Shown here: piece after piece, positions 19,782-28,546 of the stretch
Numbering within the stretch: the first letter of the stretch is position 1
Layout: each line of letters starts with the position of its first letter
From: Desulfonatronovibrio sp.
GTDB lineage: Bacteria > Desulfobacterota > Desulfovibrionia > Desulfovibrionales > Desulfonatronovibrionaceae
Assembly (NCBI GenBank): GCA_003566455.1
Contig: PXDF01000227.1
Span: 19,250-83,249 of the forward strand
Reading direction: 5' to 3'
Length of the DNA: 64,000 bases
Notes under the pieces: model-generated
The model's database searches: none
Seen by the model: the letters and a program-made list of their open reading frames with translations, nothing else
Told to the model about the DNA's origin: nothing
Position numbers and translations under genes: made by a program

Positions 19782-21020
19782 TTAATAAATAAAAATCCAT
19801 TTAAGAATCTGAAATATTACAATGGAGGTAAACGCGGCAATGGGCACGGTCAAGACCCAGTAACCCATGATTCTAAAAAGCACACCGAAATTAACCGCGC
19901 TGAATCCCCTGGCCAGACCCACCCCGGTCACTCCTCCCACACAGGAGTGAGTTGTAGACACCGGCATTCCAAGATTGGAGGCAATAAGAACAGTGGTGGC
20001 TGTACTGAAATTCACAGCAAAGCCGCGGGTATGGGTGAGAGTGGTGATCTTGTTGCCCACAGTGGCTGTAACCCAGTGCCCCAGAAGAGCAATGCCCATG
20101 GACAGGCCCACTACCCCCAGAACAAGCATGAAGAGAGGAATTTCAGCTGTTTCAATGAGTGTCTGCTGCCTGGCGATAATATAAATTGCCGCAACAGGGC
20201 CAATGGCATTGGCCACATCATTGGCGCCATGAGACAGAGCAACATAGGAAGCGGTCATAATCTGCAGGCGGCGGAATATGCCTTCAACATCTTCCACGTT
20301 CTGACTCATTTTCCGGGTCACTTTGTTGATGAAATGCCTGGATATAAGCCAGACCAGAAAAGCGATGACAGAAGTGACCAGCACCGCGCTGGAGCGGGTG
20401 AATTCAAGTTGTTTGCCTACAGGGGTCTTGTACAGAAATGAATAACCAACGATCAGGGCTGTCAGGGCTATCCATCTGGGAGCCCAGATCCTGGCCTGGT
20501 CGAGAAAATGCTGCTTATGGAAGATATATCTGCGGATATGGGTAAATATTAAATAGGCGATTGCTCCGGCAAAAATGGGGGATATAAACCAGGAAGCAAC
20601 CACACCGCTCAGAACCCACCAGTTGACTACATTGGGCCCTCCGGCCACCAGGGAAAAACCCAGAATACTGCCAACAATGGAATGGGTGGATGATACGGGC
20701 AGAGAAGTCAGACTGGCCAGCAGAACCCAGAGAGCGGCAGCCACCAGTGAAGCAAACATGCCCAGAAGCATTATTTTGGGGTCAGCGATATGTTCCGGGT
20801 TGATAATGCCTCTGGTAATGGTCGCGGTGACATGGGCTCCCAGAAAAACAGCTCCTACAAAAGTCAGAGATCCGGCGATTATTACAGCCTGACGAACAGT
20901 GATGGCCCTGGCTCCTACGGCCGGGGCCATGGAATTGGCCACATCATTGGCCCCGAGGCTGAAGGCCATTAAAAAGCCTGCTGCCATGGAAAGATATAAA
21001 AACAGATCAAAAAAATCCAC
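19782..21020 (-). CDS. pit: inorganic phosphate transporter, PiT family
   Basis: Duplicated GANDVAN motifs and a polytopic membrane protein. Confidence 0.9.
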   Translation of the reverse strand: MDFFDLFLYLSMAAGFLMAFSLGANDVANSMAPAVGARAITVRQAVIIAGSLTFVGAVFLGAHVTATITRGIINPEHIADPKIMLLGMFASLVAAALWVLLASLTSLPVSSTHSIVGSILGFSLVAGGPNVVNWWVLSGVVASWFISPIFAGAIAYLIFTHIRRYIFHKQHFLDQARIWAPRWIALTALIVGYSFLYKTPVGKQLEFTRSSAVLVTSVIAFLVWLISRHFINKVTRKMSQNVEDVEGIFRRLQIMTASYVALSHGANDVANAIGPVAAIYIIARQQTLIETAEIPLFMLVLGVVGLSMGIALLGHWVTATVGNKITTLTHTRGFAVNFSTATTVLIASNLGMPVSTTHSCVGGVTGVGLARGFSAVNFGVLFRIMGYWVLTVPIAAFTSIVIFQILKWIFIY

Positions 21021-21244
21021 TGGGTCTCAACTTTTGTTCAGGTTTGGAAATGAAAAAACAAGCATTCAGCTGCTTTTAAACTTGAAAAGTCCTGGCGCGT
21101 TACCCTTCAGAAAGCCTGTATTTAATGATCCTGACAGCTCAAAGATTCCGGATGAAAATCATGAAATTACTGTGTTTGTCTTTTGATTTTCATTGTGAGT
21201 CAACTGTTTGTAACAAAGCGATTATTTTGTCAACAAGTGAATAC

Positions 21245-21259
21245 TGGCACAAGATTTGC
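21245..21259 (+). promoter_or_regulatory. sigma-54 (-24/-12) promoter candidate
   Basis: TGGCACaagatTTGC matches TGGCAC-N5-TTGC exactly. It lies ~215 nt upstream of the YeeE-like ATG at 21472. Confidence 0.6.
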
Positions 21260-21471
21260 CTTTATGTCCTTTTCTGGTATTCATTTTTTTTGCTTGTTTA
21301 CTGAACTGGATATCTCTGTTCTGGATAAACTTTTTGAATCCTGATGTTGAACAATTTTCTCACCCTTTACATTATTTCGAGAGAGGCTTATATTAGCAGA
21401 TATTAAATACTTATGGTCCCAATTTACATATACATCCTTTTAAACAAACATGTTGGGAAAAGGAGGACGAT

Positions 21472-21984
21472 ATGCACAGTGATAAAGCATGGAGCCCCTA
21501 TCTGGCTGGGGGACTGAGCGGACTTGTTTCAATACTTTCGGTCTGGATAGCCGGACAGTATTTTGGAGCGTCCACCACTTTTGTGCGCATTGCCGGAATG
21601 ATTGAAAGCGTTTTCACCCCTGAAAGGGTGGCTCAGCTGGAGTATTTTGTCCGGGTGGCCCCAAGGGTCGACTGGCAATGGATGTTTGTTACAGGGATCC
21701 TGGTGGGGTCATTCATCGCGGCCTGGACTTCAGGGACATTCAAAAAACAATGGGTGCCCGACATGTGGAACAGCAAGTTCGGACACACTCCGGTTAAACG
21801 AGGGTTCATGGCCTTTTTCGGAGGCGCGATCGCCATGTTCGGGGCCAGGATGGCTGACGGCTGACCCAGCGGGCACGGGTTGAGCGGTACGCTTCAACTT
21901 TCTGTGAGCGGGTTTATCTCCCTGATCTGCTTTTTCGCGGCAGGCATAGTTATGGCCAGAGTCATATACGGAGGTGCAAAATGA
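21472..21984 (+). CDS. YeeE/YedE family sulfur-compound transporter subunit, probable selenoprotein (in-frame TGA at 21862)
   Basis: The track ORF ends ...ARMADG-TGA, then the same frame continues PSGHGLSGTLQLSVSGFISLICFFAAGIVMARVIYGGAK. The TGA sits where the family motif GC(T/P)SGHG has Cys. The extended frame ends at TGA 21982-21984, overlapping the next ATG. Confidence 0.75.
21879..21898 (+). promoter_or_regulatory. candidate bacterial SECIS hairpin
   Basis: gttgagcg-gta-cgcttcaac forms an 8-bp stem with one bulged T and a G/U-containing apical loop. The stem starts 14 nt after the TGA. Confidence 0.45.
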
Positions 21985-22508
21985 AACTGATCATCCTGGG
22001 ACTCATTACTGGAATTCTATTCGGTTTTCTGCTGCAAAAGGCCAGGGTCATCCGGTATGACAAACAGCTGGGCGCCCTGCGGCTGATGGACATGACCATA
22101 GTCAAATTCATGCTTTCCGCGGTCATGGTGAGCATGGTCGGGGTCTATATTCTTCATGACCTGGGCCTTGTCGAGCTTTCCATAAAAACCACCATTCTTG
22201 GAGCCAATATTGTGGGAGGCATTTTATTCGGCATAGGCTGGGGCATGCTTGGTTATTGTCCTGGAACATCTCTGGGAGCCATTGGTGAAGGCAGACTTGA
22301 CGCTTTATGGGGCATCCTGGGGATGATCTTTGGCGCTGGAGTCTTTGCTGAATTCTACCCTGCTCTAAAAAACACTGTCTATACCTGGGGTGACTTTGGA
22401 AAAATAACCCTGCCCCAGGCTCTGGGCATAAACCACTGGATAGTCATTGTCCTTTTTATTATTTTCGGGATTCTGCTTTTTCGCTGGTTTGAAAAGAAAG
22501 GGCTGTAG
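21981..22508 (+). CDS. YeeE/YedE family sulfur-compound transporter subunit
   Basis: 4-5 TM protein with a GYCPGTS motif. GGAGG SD at 21970-21974. ATGA overlap with the extended upstream ORF. Confidence 0.85.
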   Translation: MKLIILGLITGILFGFLLQKARVIRYDKQLGALRLMDMTIVKFMLSAVMVSMVGVYILHDLGLVELSIKTTILGANIVGGILFGIGWGMLGYCPGTSLGAIGEGRLDALWGILGMIFGAGVFAEFYPALKNTVYTWGDFGKITLPQALGINHWIVIVLFIIFGILLFRWFEKKGL

Positions 22509-22537
22509 GTCAGGAGCCAGGGGTCAGGAGTCAAGGA

Positions 22538-24121
22538 TCAGGAGTCCTTTTCCCGGAAATGACAGCCAAGGCTGTGTTTATTGCGCAGGGCAGAGGTGGT
22601 GATGATATAAGCTGCCTGGCAGCCATGGAAAAGTTCCACGATTGATTTGGAAATGGCGGTTTCCTTGTAAAAATCGTGCAGTCTTTTGTTCAGGTTGCGC
22701 ATATCTTCAAAGGCTCTTTTAAGCCTGGGTGAAGTGCGGTTAATGCCTACATAGTTCCACATGGTATGTCTGATGGTGGCCCAGTCCTGGGCGATGAGCA
22801 CTGGATCCTCATTTTGCTTTGATCCCAGAAATTTCCAGTCCGGCATGGACAGCCTGACCCGGCGACTGAGCCTTGACCTGGCCTTGAGCCTTCCCTGAAT
22901 ATCTCCTGCCACCGCGTGCCCCCATAACAGGCCTTCCAGAAGTGAGGTGCTGGCCAGACGGTTTGCCCCGTGCGCACCAGTACACGCGCATTCACCGGCA
23001 GCATACAGCCTGTCTATGGTTGTCCTGCCGGAAACGTCCACCATTACTCCACCGCAAAAATAATGGGCCGCCGGAACAACCGGTATTGGCTCCCTGGTCA
23101 GATCAATTCCATGTTCAAGACATTTTTTGTGTATGGTGGGAAAACGTTTTTCCGGCTGGCTTATATGGTCGCGGGCGTTCAGATAGACAAAATCCTCCTT
23201 GGTTTTAAGCATCTCCTCCACAATGGCCCTGGTCACGATGTCCCTTGGCGCCAGATCCCCTCTCTCATCGTAATCATTCATAAAGGCTTTGCCCTGGGCA
23301 TTAATGAGAATAGCCCCTTCCCCGCGCATGGCCTCGGTAATCAGAAATTTTCTGGGGCCGCGATGAAAAAGAGCTGTAGGATGAAACTGGATGAATTCCA
23401 TGTTCATCATCCTGGCCCCGGCCCGTTGAGCCATGACCATGCCTGATCCAAGAGACGATGACGTGTTGGTTGTATTCAGATAAATCTGGCCCATGCCCCC
23501 GGTGGCAATAAGGGTAAAATCAGCCATAATTCTGCGGATGTTGCCCGATTGCTGATCCAGTACATAGGCTCCCGCACACTGATTGGTCAGCTGGTATCTT
23601 ATTTCCAGCTCTGTGGAGTGATGATGAGTGGTCAGGATGTCGATTGCTGTCTGGTGGTTCATCACCCGGATATTGGGATGACTAGGAATAATTTTCAGAA
23701 ATGAGTCCATGATGCTTCGGCCGGTATAATCAGCACAGTGAAGTATCCTGGCCAGACTGTGAGCGCCTTCTCTGGTCAGATCAAAATTACCGTCTGCAAG
23801 CCTGGCAAAAGGCACGTTAAGTTTGTCAATGAGAATCTCGCGTACCACTTCAGGTCCTTTGCGGCACAGATACCGGACCGCTCTGAGGTGATTGTGCCCG
23901 CAACCTGCGTCCAGAATGTCCTTTTCCAGGATTTTGGGATCATCCTCTGCGGCCCTGTAAACTATTCCCCCTTGGGCCAGGGCGGTGTTCCCGTCATCCA
24001 GGGAACCTCCTGAGGATATTAAAAGCACCTCCAGTCCCGCCTCAGCCAGGCTCATAGCGGCGCATGAACCGGCTATGCCTGAACCGATTATTAGAACCTG
24101 GGTATAAATGGAGTCTGTCAT
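22538..24121 (-). CDS. nadB: L-aspartate oxidase
   Basis: N-terminal FAD fold IIGSGIAG and overall NadB/succinate dehydrogenase flavoprotein similarity. 4-nt overlap with nadA. Confidence 0.95.
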   Translation of the reverse strand: MTDSIYTQVLIIGSGIAGSCAAMSLAEAGLEVLLISSGGSLDDGNTALAQGGIVYRAAEDDPKILEKDILDAGCGHNHLRAVRYLCRKGPEVVREILIDKLNVPFARLADGNFDLTREGAHSLARILHCADYTGRSIMDSFLKIIPSHPNIRVMNHQTAIDILTTHHHSTELEIRYQLTNQCAGAYVLDQQSGNIRRIMADFTLIATGGMGQIYLNTTNTSSSLGSGMVMAQRAGARMMNMEFIQFHPTALFHRGPRKFLITEAMRGEGAILINAQGKAFMNDYDERGDLAPRDIVTRAIVEEMLKTKEDFVYLNARDHISQPEKRFPTIHKKCLEHGIDLTREPIPVVPAAHYFCGGVMVDVSGRTTIDRLYAAGECACTGAHGANRLASTSLLEGLLWGHAVAGDIQGRLKARSRLSRRVRLSMPDWKFLGSKQNEDPVLIAQDWATIRHTMWNYVGINRTSPRLKRAFEDMRNLNKRLHDFYKETAISKSIVELFHGCQAAYIITTSALRNKHSLGCHFREKDS

Positions 24122-25137
24122 TGCAAGCTTACCTTAAGCATGTTTTCAACTGCCTTTCGGGCATGGGGCGCCAGCTTTGGGTCCACCTGGACCGCTTTTT
24201 CCGGAATCATGGATCCCAGACACCGGGCAAGGAGCTGGGGTGTGATTTTTGCCATATTGCTGCAATATCCGGCTCCAAGAGGAATTATATTCTTGTCCGG
24301 AAATTCCTTTTTTAACCGCAGGACCAGATTGTCCTCGGTTCCGATAAAAACTGTGCTTCCCGTGGGTGCTTCTTTGGTAAAGGAAATAATCCTGGATGTT
24401 GACCCTGCTTCATCGGCAATGGCCACAACTCCTGGATGGCTCTCAGGGTGGACAACAATAAACGCCCCGGGGTTGTCCCTTCTGACACCCATGACCTGCT
24501 CCGGCTTGAGGCGGAAATGGACAGCGCATACGCCGGGCCACAAAAGCAGCTTTTTGTCAGCCAGATCACCGGCCTGAATATTATTTCCGTTATTTCGGAT
24601 ATCCAGGATATGTATTTCCCGGGGATTAATACCGGACAAATTCGCGGTATTACGGCCCAGATTTTTATCCGGAAGAAAAAGAACCCTGTCACCCTGGCTT
24701 AATGCCCATTTGAGCATGCCGGGAGCGTTTGAAGAGGTGCAGACACTGCCCCCGTATTCACCACATATGGCTTTAACGCCGACTGATGAATTCACGTAAG
24801 ACAAAGGAATAACCTTTCCTGAAAGGCTGACTTTTTCCAGGATCGTCCTGACCAGAGAATGCGGGGCCATATCAGCCATGACGCAGGTGGCTTCAGGGTC
24901 GGGCGAAAATATCAGCTGATGCCTGGATGCCAGAACAGCCGCGGTCTCAGCCATGAAATCAACCCCGCAGAAGACTATGAACCGGGCTTTAAGTTGAGGT
25001 ATAGACGCTGCCAGCTGAAGAGAATCGCCCACAAGATCAGCGTGTTCAACTATTGAATCCTTTTGATAATGATGAGCCAGCACAGCCAGTTCGCTGCCCA
25101 GTTTTTTCTTTATGTCTTGAATCAGCTCTGAATACAC
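24118..25137 (-). CDS. nadA: quinolinate synthase
   Basis: NadA-like over the full length (AHHYQ, FCGVDFMAE, HPE). Confidence 0.95.
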   Translation of the reverse strand: MYSELIQDIKKKLGSELAVLAHHYQKDSIVEHADLVGDSLQLAASIPQLKARFIVFCGVDFMAETAAVLASRHQLIFSPDPEATCVMADMAPHSLVRTILEKVSLSGKVIPLSYVNSSVGVKAICGEYGGSVCTSSNAPGMLKWALSQGDRVLFLPDKNLGRNTANLSGINPREIHILDIRNNGNNIQAGDLADKKLLLWPGVCAVHFRLKPEQVMGVRRDNPGAFIVVHPESHPGVVAIADEAGSTSRIISFTKEAPTGSTVFIGTEDNLVLRLKKEFPDKNIIPLGAGYCSNMAKITPQLLARCLGSMIPEKAVQVDPKLAPHARKAVENMLKVSLQ

Positions 25138-25140
25138 TTA

Positions 25141-26007
25141 TCATACCTCGATTTTCATGCTGAAATCAGCAGGCCTTGCTGAATGAGTCAATGCGCCTGA
25201 AGATATAAAGGTGGGCTTCAGGGAGGCCAGTGTCTCAATATTGTCAAGATCAACCCTTCCGCTGATTTCAGAATCAATATGTCCGGGTATGATTTTCAGT
25301 GCGTCTCTCATTTCTTCAATATTCATATTGTCAAGCATTATTCTCTGCACTCGAGCGCCCACCGCTTCCCGCACATCTGAAACGCTGCGGCATTCCACCA
25401 CGATGGACGGGCATGGGGAATAAGCTCTTTTCAGCGCCAGCACAGCTTCCGGTATGCTCCCGCACTGATCAATATGATTGTCCTTGAGCATGAGCATGGA
25501 TTCGAGGTTCAGGCGGTGATTGCGACCCCCTCCCATGAGGACGGCGTACTTTTCCGGATACCTGAGCCCGGGAGATGTTTTTCTTGTGTCCAGAATCCTT
25601 ACCCCGGAACCTTCCAGCATTCTGCAGAATTTTTGGGTCAGGGTGGCAATGCCGGATAATCTGGAAAGGAAATTTAAGATTACCCGCTCCGCCTTTAAAA
25701 TTTTTCTGGTCCCGCCCTGAATAAGGGCAATTCTCTTTCCTGATCTGACAGAGAAGCCTTCTGCGGCCATGAAGGTTACCGCTGCCTTGCCCGGTATCCT
25801 GTCAAGAACCTGAATAATCAGGGGGAGTCCGGCGATGCAGCAGTCCTGTTTAACCAGAATAATTGCTTTGGCTGTATTTTCAGGAGAAAAAACCGCGTTA
25901 GAAGTCAGATCTTTTCCGTCTTCCTCCAGCGACAGATCAATAATCCTGTGCAGGAAATCCAGGGCTTTTCCCTGAAAAAAACCGTCAAAAGTCGCAAATT
26001 CGTTCAT
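25141..26007 (-). CDS. nadC: nicotinate-nucleotide diphosphorylase (carboxylating)
   Basis: NadC motifs RKTSPGLR, LKDNH and MLDNM. Confidence 0.95.
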   Translation of the reverse strand: MNEFATFDGFFQGKALDFLHRIIDLSLEEDGKDLTSNAVFSPENTAKAIILVKQDCCIAGLPLIIQVLDRIPGKAAVTFMAAEGFSVRSGKRIALIQGGTRKILKAERVILNFLSRLSGIATLTQKFCRMLEGSGVRILDTRKTSPGLRYPEKYAVLMGGGRNHRLNLESMLMLKDNHIDQCGSIPEAVLALKRAYSPCPSIVVECRSVSDVREAVGARVQRIMLDNMNIEEMRDALKIIPGHIDSEISGRVDLDNIETLASLKPTFISSGALTHSARPADFSMKIEV

Positions 26008-26076
26008 GGGTATTGTTATACATTACTCAGACCAGGATAAGATGTAAAGAAGGGAAGATTGTGAATTATGTAACGC

Positions 26077-26114
26077 AAAAAAACAGGGGCGCCTGAAAAT
26101 ATCAGGCGCCCCTG
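26077..26114 (-). terminator. rho-independent terminator after SRP RNA
   Basis: On the minus strand, caggggcgcctgatattttcaggcgcccctg is followed by a run of 7 T. Confidence 0.75.
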
Positions 26115-26115
26115 C

Positions 26116-26204
26116 AAGGGAAGCCAGGCACCCGAAAACAACTGTTGCCGCTGCTCCCTTTCGGGCCTGACGGGATTGGCAGCGTTTCCGCCGCCCGGCT
26201 CCCC
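26116..26204 (-). ncRNA. ffs: signal recognition particle RNA (small 4.5S type)
   Basis: The minus strand reads GGGGAGCCGGGCGGCGGAAACGCUGCCAAUCCCGUCAGGCCCGAAAGGGAGCAGCGGCAACAG...GGUGCCUGGCUUCCC. The conserved domain IV core GUCAGGxCCGxAAGGxAGCAGC carries a GNRA tetraloop. The 5' and 3' ends pair. Confidence 0.8.
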
Positions 26205-26238
26205 TGAAAAATAGAACATATTGCAATGACTAAATAAA

Positions 26239-26330
26239 TGGCGGAGAGGGAGAGATTCGAACTCTCGGCGCGGGATTAGCGCGCACACGATTTCCAATCG
26301 TGCTCCTTAGGCCAGCTCGGACACCTCTCC
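26239..26330 (-). tRNA. tRNA-Ser (anticodon GGA)
   Basis: The reverse complement GGAGAGGTGTCCGAGCTGGCC...CACGATTGGAAATCGTG...long variable arm...GAGAGTTCGAATCTCTCCCTCTCCGCCA is a class II tRNA cloverleaf. Confidence 0.95.
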
Positions 26331-26756
26331 AGAAAGAGTGGATCAATAAATTATTAATCCAGGGATTGCAAGTCAAAAAATCCGGTTCTGTGCGGTATAG
26401 AATCACTTTTCAGAGCCAGGCCCGGATCTCAGTAACGCGTCCAGATAGACTCCGCCTAGGATTTTTTGTCCCTGTCACTGGAAATATCGCACTGCTGCTC
26501 ACGGCAGCTGGTGTCCTTCCTGGCACCTCAGCCTTCCAATCCCAGTCTGGGAAAAATGTATTTCGCGATTATCACCCATATAGCGATAATGATTATAAGC
26601 CATATTATAATATTCATAATATTTCCTGGTTCTGTAAAAAATTTTCATTTTAACGCTGCCCCATGGCAGAACACAATTCCTGTCAAACATTTAATCTGGG
26701 GAACTGAACACGGCAAAAGCCTGCTTAAACCAGGCCCGGAAAATTTCAATGTTCGG

Positions 26757-27527
26757 CTATATTCCCATAATATTGTATCCGCAATCAACATAAAGAACTT
26801 CACCAGTGGTGCCGGAAGAAAGATCAGAAGCCAGAAAAAGGGCTGCTTTACCCACATCTTCCTGATCCACGTTTCTTTTCAAAGGGGCTTTCTCCTCAAT
26901 GGTGCTCAGAATTGTCTTGAAGCCTGTAATGCCTGAAGCTGCCAAAGTCTTGATGGGTCCTGCGCTTATGGCGTTCACCCTGATGCCCCTGGGACCCAGG
27001 TCCACGGCCAGATAACGTACTGATGCCTCAAGGGCTGCCTTGGCCACGCCCATGACGTTATAGTTGGTGATGGCCTTTTGTGATCCGTAATAGGTCATGG
27101 TCATGACCGAGGCATCCCTTGAAAACAAAGGCTCAAAGGCGTGACAGACAGCGGCCAGGGAATAGGCGGACACATCCAGGGCCAGGCTGAAGCCCTCCCT
27201 GGAGGTGTCAATAAATCTGCCCTGAAGGTCATCCCTGTTGGCAAAAGCCACAGAGTGAACCAGAACATCCACCTGCCCCCACCTGCTTTTAACCAGATCT
27301 GCAGCTACGCTTATCTGTTCATCGCTGGTCACGTCACAATCAAAAATAAAGTCCCCGCCCAGCTCCTGACTGATGGGTTCCACTCTTTTTTTCAAGGGTT
27401 CGCCCACATAACTGAAGGCCAGGGAAGCCCCGTTTTTTTTAAAAATATCAGCCACCCCGTAAGCAATACTTTTATTATTGGCTACACCAAGTATTAGGGC
27501 TTTCTTGTCTTTTAAAAGCATTGTCAC
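26757..27527 (-). CDS. fabI: enoyl-[acyl-carrier-protein] reductase (NADH) FabI
   Basis: GVANNKSIAYG, the Y..MGVAKAALE catalytic region and SAGPIKT. Confidence 0.95.
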   Translation of the reverse strand: MTMLLKDKKALILGVANNKSIAYGVADIFKKNGASLAFSYVGEPLKKRVEPISQELGGDFIFDCDVTSDEQISVAADLVKSRWGQVDVLVHSVAFANRDDLQGRFIDTSREGFSLALDVSAYSLAAVCHAFEPLFSRDASVMTMTYYGSQKAITNYNVMGVAKAALEASVRYLAVDLGPRGIRVNAISAGPIKTLAASGITGFKTILSTIEEKAPLKRNVDQEDVGKAALFLASDLSSGTTGEVLYVDCGYNIMGI

Positions 27528-28426
27528 CCTCCCTGAAGAAGTTCTTTACCGGTTAAGAGTCTGTAAGCCAGAAGGTATCTGTTTTTGGTTTCTTCGATGA
27601 TCTCCCCGGGCAATGCCGGAGCAGGCGCTTTTTTATCCCAGCCGGTGGTTTCCAGCCAGTCTCTTAAATACTGTTTGTCAAAGCTAGGCTGTCCTTTGCC
27701 CGGCTCATATCTGTCCGCGGGCCAGAACCTGGAAGAATCAGGGGTAAGAACCTCGTCAATAAGCTTGATCCTGCCGTCAATTTCACCGAATTCAAACTTG
27801 GTGTCAGCCACTATTATGCCTTTAGAGGCGGCGTAATCCCTGGCCTGATTATAAATGGCAAGGGATATTTCTTCGGCCTTTTTGGTCAGGACACTTCCCA
27901 CGCGCAACCTGGCCTCATTCAGGGTTATATTTTCATCATGATCGCCTGTTTCAGCCTTGGTGGATGGAGTGAAAAGAGGCTGTTCAAGTTTTTGTGATTC
28001 AGCAAGACCAGGAGGCAGGGTATAACCGCATAACTGGCCGGTTTTCTGGTAATCCTTCCACCCTGAACCCGCTAAATAGCCCCTGACAATACATTCAATG
28101 GGCAGAGGTCTGGCCTTCTCTACCAGAACAGACCTTCCCTCAAGCTCATCCCTGTACGGGATCAGATTTTCAGGAAATTCATCAACATCAGCGGTTATGA
28201 GATGATTTTCTATCATATCCTTGAACATTTCCATCCAGAACAGGGTTATCTGATTAAGGACCACGCCTTTGAAGGGAATGGGCTCGTTCATGACCATATC
28301 AAAAGCGCTCATGCGGTCCGTTGTCACAATGAGCAGAGTATGCTCATCTATTTCAAAGATATCCCGGACTTTTCCTCTGGAAAAAAGGGGATATTCCGCG
28401 ATGTTTGATCTGGACACTATTTTCAT
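27524..28426 (-). CDS. purC: phosphoribosylaminoimidazole-succinocarboxamide synthase
   Basis: SAICAR synthetase motifs GKVRDIF, TDRMSAFD and ADTKFEFG. Confidence 0.95.
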   Translation of the reverse strand: MKIVSRSNIAEYPLFSRGKVRDIFEIDEHTLLIVTTDRMSAFDMVMNEPIPFKGVVLNQITLFWMEMFKDMIENHLITADVDEFPENLIPYRDELEGRSVLVEKARPLPIECIVRGYLAGSGWKDYQKTGQLCGYTLPPGLAESQKLEQPLFTPSTKAETGDHDENITLNEARLRVGSVLTKKAEEISLAIYNQARDYAASKGIIVADTKFEFGEIDGRIKLIDEVLTPDSSRFWPADRYEPGKGQPSFDKQYLRDWLETTGWDKKAPAPALPGEIIEETKNRYLLAYRLLTGKELLQGG

Positions 28427-28546
28427 TACAATTGATCTCCCTCGACTTTGAATTATTGATAAGGCCGGGCTGATTTTTCAGGTACTATTGCTATTCGTTC
28501 TGGAGACACAGGCAAGCCCAAAGCTAAAAATATCTCAGGATAATGA

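Noticed and set aside
22509-22545. Short tandem tcaggag words (gtcaggagccaggggtcaggagtcaaggatcaggagtcc) between yeeE2 and nadB
   Set aside because: It is too short and irregular for a meaningful tandem repeat call. It is probably just part of a convergent-gene spacer.
26016-26297. 93-aa and 67-aa ORFs, and my first idea of a NAD-type riboswitch upstream of nadC
   Set aside because: The structured sequence matches the SRP RNA domain IV core and is followed by its own terminator. The ORFs also overlap tRNA-Ser. Nothing resembling the nadA-motif riboswitch remains between the terminator and nadC.
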